Source: Kofleriaceae bacterium (GTDB lineage Bacteria > Myxococcota_A > Polyangia > Haliangiales > Haliangiaceae). Taken from it: a stretch of 64,000 nt of DNA. Positions within the stretch are counted from its first letter, which is position 1, and every line of letters starts with the position of its first letter. The position numbers and the translations under genes are program-made. Positions 63,577 through 64,000 of this stretch are shown here, piece by piece. Below the pieces are notes generated by a model. The model saw nothing but the letters and a program-made list of their open reading frames with translations, was not told the origin of the DNA and did not search any database. The DNA lies in contig DATJXL010000089.1 in NCBI GenBank assembly GCA_035500135.1, positions 7,645 through 71,644 on the forward strand, given 5' to 3'.

Positions 63577-64000
63577 TCACTCGTCCCCGCCGGCGTGGCG
63601 ATCCTTGCGCGCCTTGACGACGATGCGCAGCGGCGTGCCGCGGAAGCCGTAGGCGTCGCGTAGGCGGTTCGCGAGAAAGCGCCGGTAGCTCGGCGCGAGG
63701 CCCTCGGGATGGTTCGCCCACAGCACGAACGTCGGCGGCTTGACGCCGACCTGCGTCAGGTAATGCACGCGCACGGCGCGGCCGTGGTGGAGCGGCGGCG
63801 GGCGTTCCTCGACGAGGTCGGCGAAGAAGCGGTTGAGCTGCGCGGTCGGGATGCGGCGCGCGTGCTCGGCGGCGACGCGATCGACGAGGTCGAGCAGGCG
63901 ATCGACGCCGTCGCCGCGCTGCGCGGACAACATGGTCGTCGGTGCCCAGGTCATGAAGTGGAACGTCTCGGTCATCGCCTCGCGCAGCTCGGCCGCGCGC
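63577..64000 (-). CDS. der: GTPase Der (EngA), C-terminal KH-like domain only; the 5' part lies beyond the window end
   Basis: IPTAQLNRFFADLVEERPPPLHHGRAVRVHYLTQVGVKPPTFVLWANHPEGLAPSYRRFLANRLRDAYGFRGTPLRIVVKAR matches the Der C-terminus. The frame stays open to base 64000. Confidence 0.85.
   Translation of the reverse strand, partial: RAAELREAMTETFHFMTWAPTTMLSAQRGDGVDRLLDLVDRVAAEHARRIPTAQLNRFFADLVEERPPPLHHGRAVRVHYLTQVGVKPPTFVLWANHPEGLAPSYRRFLANRLRDAYGFRGTPLRIVVKARKDRHAGGDE

Overview
Very GC-rich bacterial chromosomal window: third codon positions are almost all G/C, so every real gene casts long alternative-frame shadow ORFs in the track. It is densely packed with about 60 genes on both strands. 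Many adjacent genes have ATGA or GTGA start/stop overlaps. The content looks myxobacterial: IF3 with a long Dsg-type acidic tail, four Hanks-type Ser/Thr kinases, FHA, PEGA, TPR-CHAT, a type III PKS and many lipobox proteins.

First third: a conserved infC-rpmI-rplT-pheS-pheT-(orphan)-ihfA-tRNA-Pro block, then surE, two Cys-rich lipoproteins with a di-haem cytochrome c peroxidase, a kinase-PAS gene and tRNA-Arg(CCT). These are followed by a type III PKS with a membrane-fused methyltransferase, a metallophosphoesterase, a 1319-aa BNR/sortilin-like protein, an MBL hydrolase, a Tat-lipoprotein subunit with a GMC oxidoreductase, and a ZnuABC-like transporter.

Middle: a Zn-ribbon-FHA-wHTH regulator and two tandem kinases whose polytopic membrane domain precedes the kinase domain. 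Divergent from the kinases is a ten-gene plus-strand operon: three paralogous secreted proteins, then AdoMet decarboxylase, a DUF4178 giant, a mini-TM protein, DUF350, a membrane-fused spermidine synthase, a Tat-exported flavin amine oxidase and a His-rich polytopic protein. I consider this operon, together with its kinase/FHA neighbours, the best candidate for an undescribed system.

Last third: a C1 peptidase-ShK-like-ricin lipoprotein, a metX::hom fusion with a PLP enzyme, a PEGA kinase, a degenerate J protein with a lidless Hsp70, Lhr, SRPBCC, EAL, a secreted TPR-CHAT, and bamB/yfgM-like/der.

I saw no CRISPR array, rRNA, transposase, integrase or prophage genes. All family calls come from motif recognition by eye; no searches were run.
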